Below, one piece after another: positions 1 through 11,746 of a DNA stretch of 64,000 nucleotides; position 1 is the stretch's first letter; every line of letters begins with the position of its first letter. The stretch comes from a cyanobacterium endosymbiont of Rhopalodia gibba (GTDB lineage: Bacteria; Cyanobacteriota; Cyanobacteriia; Cyanobacteriales; Microcystaceae): contig CP067995.1 in the NCBI GenBank assembly GCA_045159875.1, positions 2,976,001 through 3,040,000 of the forward strand. Direction: 5' to 3'. The position numbers and the translations under genes were made by a program. Under the pieces are notes generated by a model, which made no database searches, had not been told where the DNA came from, and saw only the letters and a program-made list of their open reading frames with translations.

Positions 1-116
1 TGTTGCAGACGAGATAAAACTGGAGTAGGACACAGTTGAGATGATGATGTTTGGGCTAAATTAAAAATAGGAGGAATTACAGAGACTAGGAGGATTAACA
101 GCAGCTGACTACTCAC
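1..116 (-). CDS. 5' end of a probable LysM/M23 family peptidase (runs off window edge)
   Basis: Manual translation from GTG at 116 gives MSSQLLLILLVSVIPPIFNLAQTSSSQLCPTPVLSRLQ. This is signal-peptide-like, followed by a CPTPVLSRLQ segment I recall preceding the LysM domain in cyanobacterial M23 peptidases. It starts 4 bp after the hom stop. Confidence 0.55.
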   Translation of the reverse strand, partial: MSSQLLLILLVSVIPPIFNLAQTSSSQLCPTPVLSRLQ

Positions 117-120
117 AGCA

Positions 121-1422
121 CTACAAAACTCGTAAAATACTAGGGATGCTTTTGATTGCCTCTAGGGTACGGACTTCATCTAAAGCAGTTCGGAAATTTC
201 CTTCACAAACATAGTGAGTAACAACCACGATTTCTGATAGTTCCTCTTTAAACCCAATTTGGACTACAGACTCTAAACTTACTTGATAGTTCCCAAAACT
301 CGTTCCGAGATGACCGATTACTCCTGGGACGTCTTTAGTCAGAAAACGAACATAAAAACGAGTTTCAATGGCTTCTATTGGGGTAATTTGACAATAATGC
401 TGATGAGTACAACTCAATAAAGGGTCAAGAATTTGGGTATGATTATTGCTTTTGAGTATGGCCACAATATTCATAATATCTGAAACAACTGCGCTTGCTG
501 TAGGACCGGCCCCTGCCCCTGGACCATAAAACATAACTTGTCCGAGAGGATCGCCTTCAACTAAAATAGCATTGTTTACTCCGTCAACACTGGCTAAGGG
601 ATGGGATTTAGGCACTAAGGTAGGATGAACCCGTAGTTGAAGGATCTGCGATTCTGTTCCTTGTGATCCTTTGGCGATTGCCAGAAGTTTAATCACAAAC
701 CCTAATTTATCTGCATAGGCGATATCGATTGTACTCACTTGGCGAATTCCCTCACAGTAGACACTCTCGCGTTGTATCCGTCCACCAAATCCTAGAGAGG
801 CTAAAATGGCAATTTTATCAGCCGCATCCAATCCATCTACATCGGCAGTGGGATCAGCTTCAGCATAGCCCAACTGTTGCGCTTCGATTAAGACATCACT
901 AAAATCAGCTCCGGCGGTAGTCATTTTGCTCAGAATATAATTAGTGGTTCCGTTCACAATGCCAATAATACTGGTGATGCGGTTTGCTCCCAAAGACTGT
1001 TTAAGAGGTTTAATAATAGGAATTCCGCCACCAACAGATGCTTCTAGAAGAACATACACCCCTGCACGATTGGCTGCTTTATAAATCTCGTCCCCGTGAC
1101 GGGCAATAACCGCTTTATTGGCGGTAACAACGTGTTTTCCTTGGTTAATTGCTTGTAAAATTAATGCTCGTGCTGGTTCTAGTCCCCCTAATAATTCCAC
1201 CACGATGTTAATCTCAGGATTAGTAACAATGGCTTCTAGGTTTGTGGTGATTACTCCTGGGGAAAATTTAATTGGACGAATTTTTTCTAGCGATCTTACC
1301 CCTACCTGACTGACAACAATTTCTTTCAACAGAGGATTTCGCCCTGAGGAATCAAGCAATATCTGGGCGGTTCCTACCCCTACCGTTCCTAAACCTAGTA
1401 AACCAATCTTAAAGGTCACCAC
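121..1422 (-). CDS. hom: Homoserine dehydrogenase (with C-terminal ACT domain)
   Basis: GLLGLGTVG Rossmann motif, HVVTANK, EASVGGGIP, NGTTNYIL, GYAEADPTADVDG, GPGAGAGPTASAV. Confidence 0.96.
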   Translation of the reverse strand: MVTFKIGLLGLGTVGVGTAQILLDSSGRNPLLKEIVVSQVGVRSLEKIRPIKFSPGVITTNLEAIVTNPEINIVVELLGGLEPARALILQAINQGKHVVTANKAVIARHGDEIYKAANRAGVYVLLEASVGGGIPIIKPLKQSLGANRITSIIGIVNGTTNYILSKMTTAGADFSDVLIEAQQLGYAEADPTADVDGLDAADKIAILASLGFGGRIQRESVYCEGIRQVSTIDIAYADKLGFVIKLLAIAKGSQGTESQILQLRVHPTLVPKSHPLASVDGVNNAILVEGDPLGQVMFYGPGAGAGPTASAVVSDIMNIVAILKSNNHTQILDPLLSCTHQHYCQITPIEAIETRFYVRFLTKDVPGVIGHLGTSFGNYQVSLESVVQIGFKEELSEIVVVTHYVCEGNFRTALDEVRTLEAIKSIPSILRVL

Positions 1423-1752
1423 CGTACTCCTAATCGTCCTTGTCTTTAAATCTAGATTAACGGTTTTTGGTAGTAGTTTCTTAAGAATTTAGAATTTTCA
1501 GGGACGAATTAAGACATTTTGACTTGATCAATTCATTATTAATAATTATTCAGCCGTTCATATTTTCATATAAAAGCAGAGAACGACAAACCATTCACTT
1601 CCACTGCAAACAGTAATATAAACCAAGCTATCAGAACTGCAATCAAACTGTTAATAAACTAAACATTATAGTAGAGGGTGTTAGGGCAATCGTTTTCATA
1701 GCAATCTAAACTAAGTCCCTCTCACTAATGAATTCTATAATTTTAATTAATT

Positions 1753-3789
1753 TTATTTCCAATTATCCCAATTATTATTAAAAATAGAAGTATCTGGAAA
1801 ACTTGTAAAGTTACTATTCTTATCCAATTTTTTTCGCAATTTCTTTAATTTTTCTGAACGAAAGATTGGTTCTTTAAGCATTTGATACGGTAAAGTTTGT
1901 TGATTTAAAGCAAAAGCTGCGACGGTTCCAGCGGCCGCTCCTGAAGACCATTCAAACGAATGTACTCGATAAGCTGCAGCTGCAATATGACTCACGGCAA
2001 TACTCTTCCCTGTTACCAACAAATTATCAAGTTTTTGGGGAATCATTGCCCTTAAAGGTACTTGAAAGGGGTAAGCTTGTCCAGCACCTTGTCTTTCTCC
2101 TTTTCGTTCAGTGTTTTTGGGTTTTTCTGCAGGAAATTCAGTCATGCAAGGGTGAAAATCAATAGCATAATGACCTATTCCTACCGAGTCAGGATAAATG
2201 GTAGACCGCTTCCGTCTTGTTACGTCAGTGGGATCAATTCTTCCATTCAAAATTCCGAAACCTTCCCATCGTCGAATAGTTGCATGAAGACGACGATAAG
2301 TGTCAGGAGAAAGAGTTTTTTTGTAAAATTCATCTTGATAATTACGTCTAGAAATATCAATTTCTGTTATAAAAAAACCATTTTTATAAGCGGAAGATTT
2401 ACGCCCAATAATGCGCCTTGCTTCGCGAATATAAGGATATTTAGATAGCCCATGTTGAGTTCCCATCGGAGATTCAAAACCTAATAAAAAACTATGATTC
2501 GTATTAATTTTTTTAACTCCTTCTCCTAATTGAGAATCTGTAGTTCCCTTCATTAACCAATAAAAATATCCTAAGGCGTTTTCTTCTCCTTTGCGTAGGG
2601 ACTCAGTCCTTAGTCCTCCCATCCATTGTCCAGATTTTAGTTGTCCAGTCTCTTGCAATTGTTGACGGGTATAGATTAGGTTATCTTGAGGATTGCCTGG
2701 ACGATAATCATTACCCCAAGTCCAATTTTGCATAGAGATATCTCCAGGAGTGGGAACAGTAAAACTAATCCCCCCAAACTTTTTGAGGTTTCCTTTTTTT
2801 TGATTCCAAATTCGTCGATAAGTATAAACTAAATCGAAGTCAGCTAACCGTTCTAATTCATAACTATAATAAGGGGCATATTGTGAATAGAAACTTGGCA
2901 TTTTGTGCGTTTGAGATTCCTTCATGGTTTCCATCGCAAAAGTGTAAGTAAACCCTTGAGTACAGTAAGGATTACCTGCAACGCTTGATGAAGAAGGTTC
3001 AAGATAGGAACGAGGATCAATCCCTAAACGGTGAGGAATACCCGTTAAACCGATGATTTCCCCTGTTTCTGTAGCTTCTATAACATACCAGTCTGCGGGT
3101 TCTTTTTTGTTATTTTTGTCGGGAATAAAACGAATAATAATTTTGTTAAAGCGAGAAGAGTCTTCGTAACGGTAAGCGTCTTCAATGGTTTGTGAGAGGG
3201 GATAAGTATTAAGAGGAGGTTGACCATCAGCTGATTGATGCTGAATAGCAATCATACTTAAAATTTGTTCTCCTGTTCCTCCTCGAGGGTTTTTACCAAT
3301 GTTTATATCTTTAATGACTGTTGAAGGAAACCATTTTATAGTTCCATTGTGTTTATTAGCTGCATCTTCTAACATCCTCATTAAAATGAGATGACCGTCT
3401 TTTGGCAAAAAACAGGATTCACTTACCCAACAGTCTCCAGGATTGAGCTTGCCATAATGCTGTTTAATACGTTTTCTCAATTCTAGATAACCACGGGGGT
3501 AAATTAACTGTGATCGCTGGGTTTGTCGTTCGTCTAAAGCTGAAGTTCCTTGAGCCGAAATTTGCCCTCCCACCCAGTCAGTAATTTCAGTAAGACAGAC
3601 AGTTTTCCCGTCCAGTAAACTTTCATAAGCTGCAGCTGTTCCGGCAAGTCCTCCCCCAACAATCAATATTCCACATTTAATGGTTTTATCGGGAGTACGA
3701 GGAGGGTTAGCAAGAGTCAAAGGAACAGTAATTTGTCCTAGAATGAGGCTGAGAGACAATGTAGCTAAATAGCGGGAAATTTCGTGCAT
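1753..3789 (-). CDS. FAD-dependent oxidoreductase (FAD_oxidored-like) with N-terminal signal peptide
   Basis: ILIVGGGLAG dinucleotide-binding motif, EITDWVGGQ, YPYIREARRI, PFQVPLRAMIP...NLLVTGKSIAVSHIA. The hydrophobic N-terminus ends in TLA-NPP. Confidence 0.85.
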   Translation of the reverse strand: MHEISRYLATLSLSLILGQITVPLTLANPPRTPDKTIKCGILIVGGGLAGTAAAYESLLDGKTVCLTEITDWVGGQISAQGTSALDERQTQRSQLIYPRGYLELRKRIKQHYGKLNPGDCWVSESCFLPKDGHLILMRMLEDAANKHNGTIKWFPSTVIKDINIGKNPRGGTGEQILSMIAIQHQSADGQPPLNTYPLSQTIEDAYRYEDSSRFNKIIIRFIPDKNNKKEPADWYVIEATETGEIIGLTGIPHRLGIDPRSYLEPSSSSVAGNPYCTQGFTYTFAMETMKESQTHKMPSFYSQYAPYYSYELERLADFDLVYTYRRIWNQKKGNLKKFGGISFTVPTPGDISMQNWTWGNDYRPGNPQDNLIYTRQQLQETGQLKSGQWMGGLRTESLRKGEENALGYFYWLMKGTTDSQLGEGVKKINTNHSFLLGFESPMGTQHGLSKYPYIREARRIIGRKSSAYKNGFFITEIDISRRNYQDEFYKKTLSPDTYRRLHATIRRWEGFGILNGRIDPTDVTRRKRSTIYPDSVGIGHYAIDFHPCMTEFPAEKPKNTERKGERQGAGQAYPFQVPLRAMIPQKLDNLLVTGKSIAVSHIAAAAYRVHSFEWSSGAAAGTVAAFALNQQTLPYQMLKEPIFRSEKLKKLRKKLDKNSNFTSFPDTSIFNNNWDNWK

Positions 3790-5028
3790 TATTTATGTGT
3801 TCTTTATAAGAAATAGATAAGTTAGATTAACTAATTAGGAAATAATCTCTATTATAGTTAGGAATGAGTATACATTAATTCCTGTTTCCTATTGATACTA
3901 AAATCCTTTCTTGAGCTTGGTATAAAGATAACTAATCGGTAAATACTTTATTTTTTCTCAAAAATATATCTAATCTAGATCATAGATTAAATCTCAATCA
4001 GAGACGAATCCAAGCAACAGGATACTTTAAATTTTTATCGTCAATTCAAAGCAGGTAAAGTCTTTCAAGAATTCTTATCTTAAATAGTAAATTAGGAAGA
4101 AAATTGACTATAAGTTTTCACCTTTTATGTTTTCTAATTATTATTTATGTTAACTCCTACAAATCGCCCGGTCATAATTTTTTTAACAAAAATTATGATT
4201 ACCAGTAGCTGAAAATTATATTTGGTGATAGACCTAAAGAAGTTTTTGATATAAAATGCGATTAATTGGCTGAATCAAGATTCATAATTCAAAATTTAAG
4301 AGACTTTTTCTGTAATCAATAAAAATAATTTTGGGAAGAGGAAAAGTTAATATCTTCTTTTCTATAAACGCTGATTATTATAAGGTTTTTTTGCTAACAG
4401 AGAAATTCTATCTTAAGCAAAATTAATAAATATTTCTATTTTTTATCAACAATTTTTTTAGTTAACATCTTTTATATACTCGTTAACTAACTCTATTTTA
4501 GTAGTTTCTAATTGGAAGCCTTTAGAGGTACGAACAACAGTAGCTCTTATAGAAATTTCCTATGTATATTCTAAGTTATCTTTAAACTTAATCTCAATTA
4601 AATACCTTATCTTAAGTTTACTTTTCTGTAATAGAGATAGAGTTAAACTCCTAATTAAATTTCTTGTCAGTTTTTGTCAACCAAAACCGATTCTAACCTT
4701 TAGTCCTCTAAATTACCTTGGCTATCAAACTGACTAAAAATCGGCAGTATAATGACTTTGATTAGCAGTAATCAAGATATATTTTATCTTCTTTAAATGA
4801 ATAGAAGAGTTGTTATAGTTTGACAGGAACATGGTTTTAGAACTGACCAAGAAAGAGACACTACACTTAATATCAAGTCATTCTCAACAAGGAGTTCATC
4901 TTAGCACATACTAGAGTACTACTATGAAATGCAAATCTTAAAATATTCTTCTGATGTTTTACTTCAACAGAAGTTTTTAGGCTAAGTAAAAGGACATAGA
5001 TATAGTAGCATCTGTGGGGGTAAATTAG

Positions 5029-5286
5029 TTAATCTGAAACAATAAAACTAAGATAATATTCGTTAACTAGAGTTGTCACTAGTTGAGAAAATAATTGATG
5101 ATTGATCCATAACCGTTCAGTTTCTGCAACAGCAGCAGTTATCATCCATATTGTTTCTGTGTACTCTTGAGAAGAAATGAGACCGGTGTTCCGAGCAATA
5201 TTAAGCTCGAGATACTCATTGGCTGTTTCTGGTTGAATTTGGTAGATTATTGCTTGTAGCTGAACATGCGCTTTTAAACTCTTCAT
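5029..5286 (-). CDS. Small hypothetical protein (85 aa)
   Basis: Intact ATG-to-TAA ORF with ordinary protein-like composition in otherwise stop-rich DNA. No family recognised. Confidence 0.65.
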   Translation of the reverse strand: MKSLKAHVQLQAIIYQIQPETANEYLELNIARNTGLISSQEYTETIWMITAAVAETERLWINHQLFSQLVTTLVNEYYLSFIVSD

Positions 5287-8200
5287 AATCGGTTTTAAGA
5301 TGAATGTTATCGGTTAGAATCGATAAACTTGGGTAATGAACAAATTACTTCTTATTTTCTCTAAAATCCTAGCAGTTAACCTCACCTTATAGCATGAACC
5401 AATAAGTGGATTTTAAAGGAAGTCTAACAAAGAACTACTCTGTTGTAAGAACTGTCCATGGATAGTAGAGCAATATTGGATCTTAGAGCAACAATTTCTC
5501 TAATTCCTTTGAGGGCTTATGGAGTATTTCAGCAAAGATGACTGATTATCTTCAGTATGTTCTCTGAACTCCATTACCTTAGTACACCACCAAAAAATAA
5601 GTTTAAAAAAATTAAAGTGACAGAATTTTTAGTGCACACTAAAAGTAAATAAATGAGTGGAAATTACTGAAAAATTCTATTAACTAATGATGATTAAATT
5701 AATATTTAACATTTAACTGAAATTTTTAAGAAACTATAGGAAGTTTGCGGAGCAATCAAAAAGTAGCTAAATATTGTTTGTATTTTGCACTAGAGGTCTG
5801 TCAATTAAAATTAGAAAAAAAAATTAGTTAGTAAAATAGATAATATTCTCTATTTTAAAGGGAATAATCTGAATTTAGCGACTATTTAAAAAGGAGGGTT
5901 TTCTCCAGCCTGCGTCACCCATTTTCTCAAATTAACCAAATTTTTAGTCTTGTCAGACTTCTAGATAATAAATGAACTAAAAACTCAAGTTACTTATGCA
6001 AGTGTACTATCTCCATGAGTAGAAACTGTTCTTTATATAATTTTTCTCTACAAATAGGTTGAGCATACGCACCCAGATGTCGCTGATACCTCCACTGGTT
6101 GAGGACGAACGTAAAAAATTTACAGTAATCGCGTGGTTTTTATCTCTTACATTATGCTTTAGTTTTATTTAGTCTGTTTTTGCGCATAAAAATTTACTGC
6201 TAATGTTTGAGAACAAACTATTAGCCTGGTATTGATAGATTATGGTATTTTTTGTTTTTGGGAAAGTACTCAAAAATTCTATCAACAAATGATTAAATTA
6301 GTCAGTTAAGTCAAGAACCATTTTTACAAAAATGAGGGAAGTTTTTTAAGCTTTTGTTATTGAACATTCAAAACCTCTTAAGTCTTCCAATCAACAGGAT
6401 TTTCCGTGATTGCATCCTTGCATCGTAATCTCAAAACTTTTGTATTTGCCTAACGTGGAGATATTGAAGAGTTATCCGAACAAGGACCGGTAACTCTTGA
6501 GCATGTTGTCATTCGGAATAAAGCGTTAATCTTTATTGGAACCAGAGGTGGAAAGATGTATCAGACGATTATCAACAGTATTCTAAGCTCCATGTCATCT
6601 TAATGAAAGCTCTTAAAACCATCGGAGATCTTAGCTCTGTGAGTAGTTCTAGATAACGAATTGGGAACATATACAATTTATATTACTCAATATATCACTC
6701 AATATATCAGCTACATTAGCCGATATTTACTATCTTAACGATTAAGATTATTGAACAGGCGATAGTTTTGAGAAAATATCGATTCTTAAATCTCCAAGAT
6801 ATTTTTGAATATAAAGTATTAGGAAATAGAAACAGGTTAAATTAGCTAAGGATAGTAAAATTTTAATCTTTACAGGTCAAGCCACCTTAGTGACGAGGCT
6901 GTATTAGGAATTGGTAAGGCTAGTATTGAGTTGCTCTTACAATGGGGTAGCTGTTGTGAGACTTTATATTAAAATCGCAGATCTATATAAGTATCCTAAT
7001 TTTTTTGTAACTTATTGTAATTTAACCTATGAAACAGTCATTCAAACTGTTTTAAAAAAAGCTATTGGTAAGTTTAGTGGTTTATACATGTTAATCCTCA
7101 AGGAGGGAATCTTTCCCTTAGGTTTTGAGATTAAGAATTTTTCTGCCAACATTTAGGATAAAGTTATTGGGATTAATTAAAATGTTAATTTAGTTTTTAT
7201 GCGTGAGTATTACCCATCTTTGAGATTGGCTCTCAAAAATACTCAAGCTGTTATCTTTCGCTAAATCAGTTAAGTCATGTAAAAATTTTCTAATAAAAAA
7301 AGAATAAGATATATTTTTATTTGATTTATATCAAAATAATGCTTAATATAAATATTGTAAATAGATAAATTGTAAGCAATTATGTAATATATTATGATTT
7401 TTTTAAAAAAATAATTACAAATTATAAGTTGAGACTGTTATTTGATATTTGGCTAAATTATTTATGTATATATAAGTAGTTTTTAAAAATTACAGTAGTA
7501 TAAATTCTTAATTAATAGGAGATAAACGAAGATTTTAAAATCATAATTTTTATAAAATCCACAAGTATAAAATTAATATTTTCTTTAAAAAAAGATTAAT
7601 TTATCAATAGTTAAATTGATAAATTAATCAACCAATGTTTTTTTTTAAACCAAAGAAGTTCTGAAAGATATTGAGAATAAATCTAGCAGGATAGTTCATA
7701 AATTAGATAATTTTTACAAAAATTTTACAGACCCAAAAGCAAGGGAAGCTAAGTTAACAAAGAAAGTTATATGCATGGATGAGTAACTCAAAAAAGTCGA
7801 AAGAACTCAAAAAATTAGGTTTTAACATTAATTGTTCTATTGGCTATTGGTATGAGTAAGATAAAATTAAAGTTATTTTTTACTGCCAATCGCTAGTAAA
7901 AGTGAGTTCAGTTTAGGAACTATAGACTATACCAATTAATTATTGAATATTAATCATCACAATTTAACAAAAAAGCTATAAATTAAACGGGAAATGTACT
8001 TGTCAGTACTTAGTTCAAATCTCAGGTATATGTCCTCAATAATTGGCAATTATTAAAGCACTCTTGAACTCAGTATTTTTATTTAAAAAATTTTAAATAA
8101 AAATCTGATAAATTAACAGATAATTGAAGTATATTATTTTTAATTATCAATCAAAGTTTAAAACTATAAATAAAAGAGGTAATCACTATTTTCATATTCT

Positions 8201-8917
8201 AATGTCCTTGTATTTTTTAAAAATCCTGAATAAACTGGAGCAATAATGAGAATGTATTATCTTCCGATTCTATTAAGGAGGATACAATGTCCCTCGCAAA
8301 GTTAAAGAGAAATTCATTAATGGGCAACCTACCTCCGTAAAAGCTATTTTAATTATGAACACTCTAAATGAGTGAGAACATTTTATGTATTTTATCAAAT
8401 GATATGTTCAAGAGAAAGAACTTGAGTTTAGCAAAAATTGGTTTATTTTGAGAGAATAAAATTTATATATTGATCAATCTTCTCTTCAAGGAGAAAATCA
8501 AATAGTTAATAAGTATATTTTTAATACTTAGCATAATTCACCTATTAACTGTTTAACGCTCATTCTTCATCCAGACTCAAAAATTTTCCTGTGGAATGTA
8601 CCATGATTACTGTTAACGATACTTGTATGGCTGAAACTGAACTACAGCAATGAATTCATTAAGCGAAGTCTAAAAAATGCTGTTCATGAAGTAATTAATC
8701 ATTGAATGTATTATCCTAAATTCAGTTCTTCTGAAGAGAAGAACTAGAATTGCGTAGCAAGGTACAACTTACGATAGATGCTGTAGAAGTTTTATTGAAC
8801 AGCACTTTACCAGTATTTGGGAAACTATTTCAATTTTTAATATACTAAAAAATAGGTTTACTAGCTATAGTATTGAAGATGATCTTAAGTGTTCATAAAC
8901 ACCTTTTATTTTTTTTA

Positions 8918-8957
8918 TAAGTAAAAGATTATTGACTTGTCAATAATCTTTTACTTA
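8918..8957 (-). terminator. 19-bp perfect inverted repeat just downstream of hpnI
   Basis: taagtaaaagattattgac-tt-gtcaataatcttttactta, 7 bp past the stop codon at 8965. Confidence 0.6.
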
Positions 8958-8964
8958 CTTGTGA

Positions 8965-10116
8965 TTAATGACGGACTACCATTTTGCCGTGGCTGGTAAG
9001 CTTGAATTTTACTTCACGCCATATCACTGTTCTTTGAGTAAATGATAATGCCCAGAATGCCAAGCCTAGTATATCGCGAAACGGCAATAAATAGAGACTT
9101 TTAACCCCCTCAGCATCTTCCATTTTCCAGGAAGTTATTCCTGCGGTTATTAGGCGAATAGTTATAGTTCCGATTAAAATATATAGCCCGATTATATCTC
9201 CTCTAATTAAGGCAAATAATAAAGCAAAGGGAATACTTCTAATAAAAATAGTCGCAATAAAAGGAAAAGGTTTTGCCAAATAAGTATTTTGATCCCAATA
9301 TACTTGGTGAGTCCACCAATCACGCGAGTTTTTTAAATCTACAACTACATCAATAATATAAGGTAACAAAACTATATTTTTACCAGAATTCCATACTCTC
9401 CGTCCTATTTCATAATCTTCCACTAGGTAATCTGCTAAACTTTCTAATCCGCCTATTGTTTCTAGAGTAGATTGTCTAATGGCGATAGAAGGACCTAAAC
9501 AAGCAATAGAAGCTCCTGTTACTTCAGCAAAAATAACACTAGGGATAAAATCAGCATTGATAGTCAGAAGTTCCATTTTTTCAAACCAGTGATCACCTTT
9601 AATCACTTTAAATAAAGTGCAGACACATCCTACTTCAGGATTATCCAAAGGAGCCACAATCTTTTTAAGATAATTCGGTTGTAAATTAGTATCACTATCA
9701 CTGATAACAATAATGTCGTGACGAGCTTCTTTGATAGCTCCTAAAAGATTATTGACTTTTCCATTAGCTCCTGCTTCAAGAGCACTCACTACTAGAGAAA
9801 TTCGATTCGAACCAAATTCTTCTTGGATTTCTTTCAGAATAGGAAAAGCAGGATCTTCGGGATCTTGAACTGAATAGATAATTTGATAATTTGGGTAATC
9901 CTGAGTGGCAATGGTACGTAAATTGCGTTTTAAATTTTTTTCTAGTCCTCTAACTGGCTTAAGAACGGTTAAGGGTGGGGTATAATCGTAGATGACATTC
10001 AGCTTCGAATTCTTAAAAAAGTGTTGAGCTGTTAAAACTGTTAGGATTGAGAATATAGCTCCCCCTAGAATGGGAATTAAACAGAGAAATTGTAATATTT
10101 TAGCTAAACTAAACAC
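8965..10116 (-). CDS. hpnI: Hopanoid biosynthesis-associated glycosyltransferase, HpnI / ceramide glucosyltransferase-like (GT21)
   Basis: LTVLKPVRGLE, QDYPNYQII, GANGKVNNL, IIVISDSD, LADYLVEDYEIG, and terminal TM helices. Confidence 0.8.
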   Translation of the reverse strand: MFSLAKILQFLCLIPILGGAIFSILTVLTAQHFFKNSKLNVIYDYTPPLTVLKPVRGLEKNLKRNLRTIATQDYPNYQIIYSVQDPEDPAFPILKEIQEEFGSNRISLVVSALEAGANGKVNNLLGAIKEARHDIIVISDSDTNLQPNYLKKIVAPLDNPEVGCVCTLFKVIKGDHWFEKMELLTINADFIPSVIFAEVTGASIACLGPSIAIRQSTLETIGGLESLADYLVEDYEIGRRVWNSGKNIVLLPYIIDVVVDLKNSRDWWTHQVYWDQNTYLAKPFPFIATIFIRSIPFALLFALIRGDIIGLYILIGTITIRLITAGITSWKMEDAEGVKSLYLLPFRDILGLAFWALSFTQRTVIWREVKFKLTSHGKMVVRH

Positions 10117-10578
10117 TTGTTTGTTCTTTCCTTACATGGTATGTCTAATGATGTTAAGTTACCCGAAATCAGGGAAATCATAACCAAAAGTTGAATAACT
10201 GTAAACTTCATCTAGGTTCCTATCTAGCGATGCCTGACTTGATATTCAATGACTGACTATGAAAATAATAGAAATCAGTTTATAGTTTTTTTAGTTTAAT
10301 GAACGTAAACTGAACTTTTTGCTACCCTTCTACAAGGTAAAAAGGTAATCCGTGTTAATATGTATCGTTATTATATGAGGTTTTTTGAGCAGTCTTAACA
10401 GCATTTCTCATCGGTAATAGTTTTCTACCTTTAACCTCCTTGTTTGATGAGGTAAGAATCTTCTTTAAGTCAGTGTTTTCTTGATTAAGTTTTTGTTATC
10501 CCTATCTCTAAGAGGGATTTAAGAATATTACATAAATTTTCTAATATAAAAAGTGGACTAAGAAGTACTATATTAAAA

Positions 10579-11661
10579 GTGAGCGCATCCTATCCTTTAC
10601 AATCCCTCAAAGCAGGAAACTGGTTTAAGCTAATTTGCGGGGCGAGTTTTCAGGACTTGCCAGCCATTCGGACTCTTATTTTAGCTTATGCCTTAGCCGG
10701 GGCTGACTGTATTGATGTGGCTGCTGATCCTGCTGTAGTTACTGCTGCCAAGGAAGCGTTAAGCACAGCTAAAAGATTAGAAAATAATCAAAAATCTCAG
10801 GTATTTTCCAGAAAGAGAACACCATGGTTAATGGTAAGTTTAAATGATGGAGAGGATCCTCACTTTCGGAAAGCTTACTTTGATGCTCAACATTGTCCCT
10901 CAGACTGTTTCCGTCCGTGTGAGACAATTTGTCCTCCTAGAGCTATTATCGAAATTGAACGAGGAAGTTTTGGGGTTGTAGAAAGCCGTTGTTATGGGTG
11001 TGGTCGTTGTATTCCTGTCTGTCCTTATCAATTGGTTAAAACCCGCTCCTATTTAGTCTCTCCAAAAGAAATAGTTCCCCTTATTCAAGGAATGGGTATT
11101 GATGCCATAGAAATTCATACTCAAGTAGGACGAGAAAACCAATTTAAACAATTATGGCAGGCGATAGCTCCTTGGATTGGTCATCTTAAATTACTTGCTA
11201 TTAGCTGTCCCGATGGGTGTGGATTAATTGACTATCTCTATTATCTTTATGATATGATTTCCCCTTTGTCCATTCCCTTGATTTGGCAAACTGATGGCCG
11301 GCCTATGAGTGGGGATATTGGGAAAGGAACCACCCACGAAGCGATTAAGTTAGCTCAAAAAGTTCTCAATGCCCAAATACCTGGATTTGTTCAACTGGCA
11401 GGAGGAACCAATCATCACACTGTTTCTAAATTAAGAGAAATAGGACTCTTAACTCCTTTAATGTCGTCCACTTTAGTTGTGTCTGGCATTGCTTATGGTA
11501 GTTATGCTCGCTCAATACTATCCCCTATAGTAAGACAATTGGAAACCCAATCAATAAACTTAAACGTCCAATTAGCTTTAGAAAATCAACCTGACTTACT
11601 CTTAAAAGCCTTAAAAATTGCAGAATCTTTAGTATTACCCCTAAAATTGCCTAATCTTTAA
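10579..11661 (+). CDS. ldpA: Circadian input protein LdpA (2x[4Fe-4S])
   Basis: WFKLICGASFQD, DCIDVAADPAV, CPSDCFRPCETICP, CYGCGRCIPVCP, WQTDGRPMSGDIG. Confidence 0.93.
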   Translation: MSASYPLQSLKAGNWFKLICGASFQDLPAIRTLILAYALAGADCIDVAADPAVVTAAKEALSTAKRLENNQKSQVFSRKRTPWLMVSLNDGEDPHFRKAYFDAQHCPSDCFRPCETICPPRAIIEIERGSFGVVESRCYGCGRCIPVCPYQLVKTRSYLVSPKEIVPLIQGMGIDAIEIHTQVGRENQFKQLWQAIAPWIGHLKLLAISCPDGCGLIDYLYYLYDMISPLSIPLIWQTDGRPMSGDIGKGTTHEAIKLAQKVLNAQIPGFVQLAGGTNHHTVSKLREIGLLTPLMSSTLVVSGIAYGSYARSILSPIVRQLETQSINLNVQLALENQPDLLLKALKIAESLVLPLKLPNL

Positions 11662-11746
11662 TATATTTTTTATGTTTTTCCATTGACGACGTTCTCTAAA
11701 CTATGTTAGACCCCAAAGCAGATATTTTTTAAATTACTCTAAACGA

